A stretch of 34,151 nucleotides of DNA from Hyphomicrobiales bacterium (GTDB taxonomy: Bacteria > Pseudomonadota > Alphaproteobacteria > Rhizobiales > Beijerinckiaceae), in assembly GCA_028865375.1 (NCBI GenBank), contig JAGWKJ010000001.1:1-34151 (forward strand), read 5' to 3'. Below are positions 29,341 to 34,151 of the stretch, piece by piece; positions within the stretch are counted from its first letter, which is position 1, and every line of letters starts with the position of its first letter. The notes beneath the pieces were generated by a model, which had not been told where the DNA came from, ran no database searches, and saw nothing but the letters and a program-made list of their open reading frames with translations. The translations under genes were made by a program, and so were the position numbers.

Positions 29341-29396
29341 GCGCGGTCCCCACCCGTTCGGTGCACCCACTTGCCCGACGGTGCCCCCGCCTCTAT

Positions 29397-29437
29397 GCTG
29401 ACAACATAGTTTGCAAAACGGAGATTTTGTTGTCAGC
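29397..29437. promoter_or_regulatory. perfect 10-bp inverted repeat bracketing the RBS and start of the sigma54 activator gene
   Basis: GCTGACAACA (29397-29406) and TGTTGTCAGC (29428-29437) are exact reverse complements separated by 21 nt. The spacer contains GGAG (29420-29423). The right arm covers the candidate TTG starts at 29427 and 29430. Confidence 0.5.
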
Positions 29438-30875
29438 ACAAGTCGTCCATACCGTCGTTGTCGTTTCCGACGACAGGGAGGTCCTCGATTCGATCAACGC
29501 CGCGATCGGGAGCGAGTCCGATTATCGGCTGATCGAATGCCGCAGCGCGCAGGAAGCGTGGCTTCGTCTCAACGAGATCCAGGCGCACTTGATCGTCGCC
29601 GACTGCCGCGCCCTGATCGGCGTCGACCCGGATTTCCTCGTGCGCGCGCGCATCACCCATCCCCACGTCGGGCGCGTGATGATCGCCGATCCCGAGCTGG
29701 ACGCCGCCTGCGCCGCGATGGCGCGCCAAGCCGCCGCCTACCTCTACGTGCTCAAGCCCGCCTCGCCGGCGCTGATCAAGCTCGTCGCCGTCCGGGCGCT
29801 GGAGATGGCCGAGTTGTCGCGCCGGCATCGACTGCTGTCGCGCGAGCTCAAGATCTCCATCGACGACCAGATGTTCTTCCCCGCCGCCGAGCCGCTATCG
29901 GTCAAGGGCGGCTGGTCGCAGTTCGAACGGCTCGTGTTCGTCAGCGCGAAGATGGCCGAGCTCTGCGACGAGGCGCGGCGCGCCGCCAAGACCGAATTGC
30001 CGGTGCTGATCCATGGCGAGACGGGGACCGGCAAGGAGCTCCTCGCGCGCGCCATCCATTTCAATTCGGCGCGGATGCGTTCGCCGCTCCACGTCCAGAA
30101 TTGCGGCGGCCTGTCGGACGACACGCTGCACTCCGAGCTGTTCGGCCACGTGCGCGGCGCCTTCACCGGCGCGATCGCCAACCGCATGGGGCTGTTCCGC
30201 GCCGCCGACGGCGGCACGGTGTTCCTCGACGAGATTTCCGAGGTGTCGCCGCGCTTCCAGGTGAGCCTGCTGCGCTTCCTGCAGGAACGCGAGATCAAGC
30301 CGCTGGGATCGGACAAGGTGCAGTTCGCCGACGTGCGGATCATCGCGGCGAGCAACCGGCCGCTGGCCAAGCTGGTCGAACGCGGCGAGTTCCGGCGCGA
30401 CCTGTTCTATCGTCTGAAGGGCTTCGAGCTCCTGATCCCGCCGCTGCGCGAGCGCAACGAGGATGTCGCGCCGCTGGCGCAGTTCTTCGTCGAAAAATAC
30501 GCCGGCGTCGTCGGCCGCCGCGTGCTGGGCCTGACTGCCGACGCGCTGGCGCGCTTGCGCGCCTATGCGTGGCCGGGCAACGTGCGCGAGCTCGAGACCG
30601 AAATCCGCCGCATGGTCGCGATCGCCGAACAGGGCGGCTACATATCCGCCCGCCACCTCTCGCAGGCGATCGGCGAGGTCGACATCGCCGACGCCGCCGC
30701 CGGCCTGCCCGCGGGCGGCAACCTCAAGGACATGGTCGAGGCGCTCGAACGCCAAGCGGTGTCGGCCGCGTTGCGCCGCCACCAATGGAACCAGACGCGC
30801 GTGGCCAACGAACTCGGCCTGTCGCGCGTCGGCCTCGCCAACAAGATCAAGCGCTATTCGCTGGAACCGCGCTGA
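29430..30875 (+). CDS. sigma54-dependent response-regulator-type transcriptional activator (NtrC/HoxA/HupR-like enhancer-binding protein)
   Basis: The receiver-like N-terminus reads VVVVSDDREV...LIVADCRA...YVLKP. The AAA+ core has Walker A GETGTGKE, the sigma54-contact loop ELFGHVRGAFTGA, and then DEISE and WPGNVRELE. The C-terminal Fis-type HTH is NQTRVANELGLSRVGLANKIKRY. The start is taken as TTG 29430, 6 nt after GGAG. The track start 29316 gives a non-protein-like leader. Confidence 0.9.
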   Translation: MSAQVVHTVVVVSDDREVLDSINAAIGSESDYRLIECRSAQEAWLRLNEIQAHLIVADCRALIGVDPDFLVRARITHPHVGRVMIADPELDAACAAMARQAAAYLYVLKPASPALIKLVAVRALEMAELSRRHRLLSRELKISIDDQMFFPAAEPLSVKGGWSQFERLVFVSAKMAELCDEARRAAKTELPVLIHGETGTGKELLARAIHFNSARMRSPLHVQNCGGLSDDTLHSELFGHVRGAFTGAIANRMGLFRAADGGTVFLDEISEVSPRFQVSLLRFLQEREIKPLGSDKVQFADVRIIAASNRPLAKLVERGEFRRDLFYRLKGFELLIPPLRERNEDVAPLAQFFVEKYAGVVGRRVLGLTADALARLRAYAWPGNVRELETEIRRMVAIAEQGGYISARHLSQAIGEVDIADAAAGLPAGGNLKDMVEALERQAVSAALRRHQWNQTRVANELGLSRVGLANKIKRYSLEPR

Positions 30876-31025
30876 GCGCTGGACGTCGCGTGCGACGCCG
30901 CCGGCAACTCGCTTTGCAGGGCCTACGTAAAGTTACTTAGCGCGCGCCAGATGGCGGGGCGCGACGCTGCGCTGCAGCGTGTCGTAAAGAACTGATAAAT
31001 AATCTATTTTTGCGTTCGTATCGTT

Positions 31026-31040
31026 TGGCACGGCGGTTGC
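31026..31040 (+). promoter_or_regulatory. sigma54 (-24/-12) promoter for the hydrogenase genes
   Basis: TGGCAC-GGCGG-TTGC (31026-31040) matches the TGGCAC-N5-TTGC consensus exactly, about 70 nt upstream of the small-subunit ATG. An unusually AT-rich tract (about 30986-31011) lies just upstream and is a possible bending or IHF site. Two dyads further upstream, CGCTGC-N3-GCAGCG (30965-30979) and CGTCGC-N2-GCGACG (30884-30897), are candidate UAS elements. Confidence 0.75.
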
Positions 31041-31109
31041 TCCTATAGGGGCGCGGCGTTTCGGCGTCGACGACAACAACGGCGCGTCGGGCGCCACAGG
31101 GAGGAGCGA

Positions 31110-32072
31110 ATGGCCAATCTGCTTTGGCTGCAAGGCGGCGCGTGTTCGGGCAACACGATGTCATTCCTGAACGCGGAAGAGCCGAGCGCGTGCGATCTGG
31201 TCACGGACTTCGGCATCAACGTGCTCTGGCATCCCTCGCTCGGACTCGAGCTCGGGGCGGGCGTCAAGACGATCCTCGAGAAATGCATTTCGGGCGAGAT
31301 CAAGCTCGACATCTTCGTGTTCGAGGGGTCCGTCGTCAACGCGCCCGACGGCACCGGCGAATGGAACCGGTTCTGCGGCAAGCCGATGAAGGACTGGGTG
31401 AAGAAGCTCTCCGACGTCGCGCAGTTCGTCGTGGCCATCGGAGATTGCGCCACCTGGGGCGGCATTCCCGCGATGGCGCCCAACCCCTCCGACAGCCGCG
31501 GCCTCCAGTTCCTCAAGCGCGCCAAGGGCGGCGCGCTGGGCGCGGAATTCAAGTCGAAGTCCGGCTTGCCGGTCATCAACATCCCCGGCTGCCCCGCGCA
31601 TCCCGATTGGGTCACCCAGATCCTCGTGGCGGTGGCGACCGGACGGGCCGGCGACCTCGAAGTCGACGAGTTCCACCGCCCCAAGACCTTCTTCACCTCG
31701 TTCACGCAGACCGGCTGCACCCGCAACATGCACTTCGCCTACAAGGTCTCGACGACCGCGTTCGGCCAGCGCAAGGGCTGCCTGTTCTACGACCTCGGCT
31801 GCCGCGGCCCGATGACGCACAGCCCGTGCAACCGCGTGCTGTGGAACCGCGTGTCGTCGAAGACGCGCGCGGGGATGCCTTGCCTCGGCTGCACCGAGCC
31901 GGAATTCCCCTTCTACGATCTCGCGCCGGGAACCGTCTTCAAGACGCAGACCATGATGGGCGTGCCCAAGGACCTGCCCAAGGGCGTCGACAAGGTCGGC
32001 TACGTGAAGCTGACCGCCGCCGCCAAGGGCGCCGCCCCCGCTTGGGCGGAAGAAGACATCTTCGTCGTTTGA
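31110..32072 (+). CDS. hupS: [NiFe]-hydrogenase small subunit, cytosolic cyanobacterial-type (group 2a-like)
   Basis: 320 aa. It starts directly at MANLLWLQGGACSGNTMSFLNAEEP, with no twin-Arg signal peptide, and ends AEEDIFVV, with no C-terminal membrane anchor. Fe-S motifs are IGDCATWGGIPA, IPGCPAHPDW, TQTGCTRNMHF, GCLFYDLGCRGPMTHSPC and PCLGCTEPEFPF. A GGAGG RBS is present. Confidence 0.9.
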   Translation: MANLLWLQGGACSGNTMSFLNAEEPSACDLVTDFGINVLWHPSLGLELGAGVKTILEKCISGEIKLDIFVFEGSVVNAPDGTGEWNRFCGKPMKDWVKKLSDVAQFVVAIGDCATWGGIPAMAPNPSDSRGLQFLKRAKGGALGAEFKSKSGLPVINIPGCPAHPDWVTQILVAVATGRAGDLEVDEFHRPKTFFTSFTQTGCTRNMHFAYKVSTTAFGQRKGCLFYDLGCRGPMTHSPCNRVLWNRVSSKTRAGMPCLGCTEPEFPFYDLAPGTVFKTQTMMGVPKDLPKGVDKVGYVKLTAAAKGAAPAWAEEDIFVV

Positions 32073-32097
32073 AACGGCGAGTGGAGGAGACGGGAAC

Positions 32098-33690
32098 ATG
32101 ACGATTCAAACGCTCGACATCTCGCCGGTCGGCCGCGTCGAGGGCGACCTCGACGTGCGCGTCGACATCGAAAACGGCGTCGTGGTGAACGCCTGGACGC
32201 ACGCGGAACTGTTCCGCGGCTTCGAGGTCATCCTGCGCGACAAGGACCCGCAGGCCGGCCTCGTGGTGACGCCGCGCGCCTGCGGCATCTGCGGCGCCTC
32301 GCACCTGTCCTGCGCCGCTTGGGCGCTCGACACCGCATGGGGCACGACCGTGCCGCGCAACGCGATCCTGGCCCGCAACCTCGGCCAGATCGTCGAGACC
32401 ATCCAGTCGATCCCGCGCCATCACTACGGCCTGTTCATGATCGACTACACGCACAGGAACTACTCGAAGCTGCCGAGCTACGAGGAGGCGGTGAAGCGCT
32501 ATTCGCCCTTCACCGGCACGTCCTACGAGGCCGGCGTCACGATCTCCGGCCGGCCGGTCGAGATCTATGCGCTGCTCGGCGGGCAATGGCCGCACTCGTC
32601 TTACATGGTGCCGGGCGGCGTGATGTGCGCGCCGACCCTCACCGACGTCACCAGGGCGTGGGCGATCCTCGAACATTTCCGGCGTAACTGGCTCGAGTCG
32701 CTGTGGCTCGGCTGCTCCATGGAGCGCTACGAGAGGATCCGCTCGTTCGACGACTTCCTCGCTTGGCTCGACGAAAGCCCGGCGCACGCCAATTCCGACC
32801 TCGGCATGTTCTGGCGCATGAGCCGCGAGATCGGTCTCGACAAATACGGCAAGGGCCACGGCAAGTTCGTGAGCTGGGGATACCTGCCCCACGAGGACCG
32901 CTACAACAAGCCGACCATCGAGACGCGGCAGGCTTCCGTCATCATGAAGTCCGGCGTCTACGACGGCGCGACGGACTCCCACAAAGTGATGGACCAGGCG
33001 TTCACCCGCGAGGACACGCTGCACGCCTGGTACGACGAGGGCGGCGAGACGCATCCGTTCGACCGCGTCACCAAGCCGGTGCAGAAGAACCCGGTCGACG
33101 TCGACAACAAGTATTCGTGGTCGACCGCCGTCCGGCACCTTCAGAACGGCCGCCTCGAGGCCGGCCCGCTGGCGCGGCAGCTGATCGCGGGCGGTTCGCA
33201 CGGCGAGAGCTGGCAGCACACCGACCCGCTGGTGCTCGACATGTACCGGAAGATGGGCGGCGCCTCGACGATGCTGCGCCATTTCGCGCGCATGCACGAG
33301 CTGTGCAAGCTCTACCGCGAGGCGGAGCGCATCCTGCGCGAGTTCCGGCTCGGCGACGAATGGTACGTGAAGCCGACCGAGAGGGACGGCCGCGGATGGG
33401 GCGCCACCGAGGCGGCGCGCGGCGCGCTCTGCCACTGGATCGAGGTCAAGGGCGGCAAGATCAAGAACTACCAGATCATCGCCCCCACCACCTGGAACGT
33501 CGGCCCGCGTTCCACCGACGGCGAGCGCGGACCCATCGAGCAGTCGCTCGTGGGCACGCCGATCAAGGACAGTTCGGACCCGGTCGAGGTCGGACACGTC
33601 TGCCGGTCCTACGATTCCTGCCTCGTTTGCACGGTGCACGCACATGATGCATCGACCGGCGAGGAACTCGCGCGCTTCAGGACGGCCTGA
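32098..33690 (+). CDS. hupL: [NiFe]-hydrogenase large subunit (group 2a-like), with C-terminal maturation extension
   Basis: 530 aa. The protein begins MTIQTLDISPVGRVEGDLDVRV. The N-terminal Ni-Fe ligand motif is RACGICGASH and the C-terminal motif is DSCLVCTVH, followed by 16 further residues (AHDASTGEELARFRTA). A GGAGGAG RBS is present. Confidence 0.92.
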   Translation: MTIQTLDISPVGRVEGDLDVRVDIENGVVVNAWTHAELFRGFEVILRDKDPQAGLVVTPRACGICGASHLSCAAWALDTAWGTTVPRNAILARNLGQIVETIQSIPRHHYGLFMIDYTHRNYSKLPSYEEAVKRYSPFTGTSYEAGVTISGRPVEIYALLGGQWPHSSYMVPGGVMCAPTLTDVTRAWAILEHFRRNWLESLWLGCSMERYERIRSFDDFLAWLDESPAHANSDLGMFWRMSREIGLDKYGKGHGKFVSWGYLPHEDRYNKPTIETRQASVIMKSGVYDGATDSHKVMDQAFTREDTLHAWYDEGGETHPFDRVTKPVQKNPVDVDNKYSWSTAVRHLQNGRLEAGPLARQLIAGGSHGESWQHTDPLVLDMYRKMGGASTMLRHFARMHELCKLYREAERILREFRLGDEWYVKPTERDGRGWGATEAARGALCHWIEVKGGKIKNYQIIAPTTWNVGPRSTDGERGPIEQSLVGTPIKDSSDPVEVGHVCRSYDSCLVCTVHAHDASTGEELARFRTA

Positions 33691-33722
33691 AGGCGCACAA
33701 GAAGACGCCCGGGGAGGGAACG

Positions 33723-34106
33723 ATGTCCGCAGCGGGAGACCCTGCGCGGGCCGACGAACGCGACGCGTTCGCGCGGCGATACGGCGTCGCGCCTTCCGGG
33801 GCGGATCACGCGACGCTGCTGCGCATGATCGAGGACTTGTTGCGGGAAGGGCTGAAGACGCAAGTCGAGCCCTTCCCGGAGACCGACCGGGAGTTCGCCG
33901 CCATCCTCGACGAGCTCCGCCCGCTCTCGGCCGACCAGCTGCGGGAAAAGCTGGTCGTCAGCGGTTGGCTGCTGGCGCCCTACGGGCCCGACGCCATGCG
34001 CTGCCAAGAGTGCATGTACTACCTCGTCCACAAGCGCTGGTGCGACCTGCCGGAGCTGAGCCTGCCCGCCGAACCCGAATGGTGGTGCCGACTCTGGCGC
34101 ATCTGA
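33723..34106 (+). CDS. hypothetical Cys-rich protein (C-terminal four-Cys HiPIP-like motif), hydrogenase-associated
   Basis: 127 aa. A GGGAGGGA RBS lies 4 nt before the ATG, 32 nt after the hupL stop. The C-terminus is RCQECMYYLVHKRWCDLPELSLPAEPEWWCRLWRI, with Cys94, Cys97, Cys107 and Cys122. There is no signal peptide. Confidence 0.7.
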   Translation: MSAAGDPARADERDAFARRYGVAPSGADHATLLRMIEDLLREGLKTQVEPFPETDREFAAILDELRPLSADQLREKLVVSGWLLAPYGPDAMRCQECMYYLVHKRWCDLPELSLPAEPEWWCRLWRI

Positions 34107-34130
34107 AGCCGCGCTGCGACGCTAGACGAC

Positions 34131-34146
34131 GGGGGGGGGGGGGGGG
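34131..34146. repeat. 16-nt poly-G homopolymer at the window/contig end (probable artefact)
   Basis: Read directly from the sequence: G x16 followed by CCAAA at the very end. It follows the last CDS by 24 nt. Confidence 0.8.
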
Positions 34147-34151
34147 CCAAA

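Noticed and set aside
29316-29429. Track start 29316 for the sigma54 activator (519 aa).
   Set aside because: The extra 38 residues (MTSSARPASAVPTRSVHPLARRCPRLYADNIVCKTEIL) are not protein-like and have no RBS. TTG 29430 follows a GGAG at good spacing, and the receiver domain begins right after it.
30986-31011. Explicit IHF-site call in the AT-rich tract upstream of the -24/-12 promoter.
   Set aside because: The position and AT-richness fit, but I could not find a clean WATCAR-N4-TTR match by eye. I mention it only as context for the promoter.
31110-33690. Calling the hydrogenase pair a HupUV/HoxBC H2-sensor (group 2b), because it lacks a signal peptide and sits next to a HoxA/HupR-like activator.
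   Set aside because: The large subunit keeps a 16-residue extension after the C-terminal CxxCxxH His, which sensors lack. The subunit lengths (320/530 aa) and the MANLLWLQGGACSGN / MTIQTLDISPVGRVEGDL N-termini match my recollection of cyanobacterial-type HupSL. No HupT/HoxJ kinase gene is adjacent. This still needs a phylogeny to settle.

Overview
This is a very GC-rich, densely coding chromosomal window. Gene content and synteny look alphaproteobacterial (hisB-hisH-hisA, ubiE-ubiB-coaBC-dut, phaR, an IalB-like gene, TRAP and ABC uptake systems). That taxonomic placement is inference only. I support about 35 CDS, one decayed pseudogene and several regulatory sites or repeats. I recognised no rRNA, tRNA, CRISPR array, transposase, integrase or phage/defence gene. 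All calls come from reading the translated ORFs for family motifs and checking start/stop codons and RBS by eye; no database search was possible. The ORF track prints M for TTG/GTG starts and contains many long Arg/Ala/Gly/Pro-rich shadow ORFs typical of high-GC DNA, which I discarded. Left to right the window holds: (1) histidine biosynthesis plus GDP-mannose genes. (2) A LysR-controlled SDR / split-transketolase / TRAP-transporter module of unknown substrate. (3) A LacI-controlled operon that unusually starts with a membrane di-iron (fatty-acid-hydroxylase superfamily) oxygenase, followed by a sugar-type ABC importer, a hydroxypyruvate-isomerase-family TIM barrel and DUF427. (4) Housekeeping genes: phaR, a GGDEF/EAL protein, gloB, an IalB-like gene, ubiE, ubiB, coaBC, dut, an Rrf2 regulator and cysK. 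(5) At the right end, after a decayed flavoprotein gene, a sigma54 enhancer-binding response regulator. It is followed by a textbook -24/-12 promoter, a signal-peptide-less cyanobacterial-type (group 2a-like) [NiFe]-hydrogenase small/large subunit pair, and a 127-aa ORF with a four-Cys HiPIP-like motif. The most second-look-worthy items are the oxygenase-led sugar operon, the hydrogenase module with its Cys-rich partner, and the split-transketolase/TRAP module. The window ends in a 16-nt poly-G run that is probably a sequencing or assembly artefact, so the hydrogenase locus is probably truncated.
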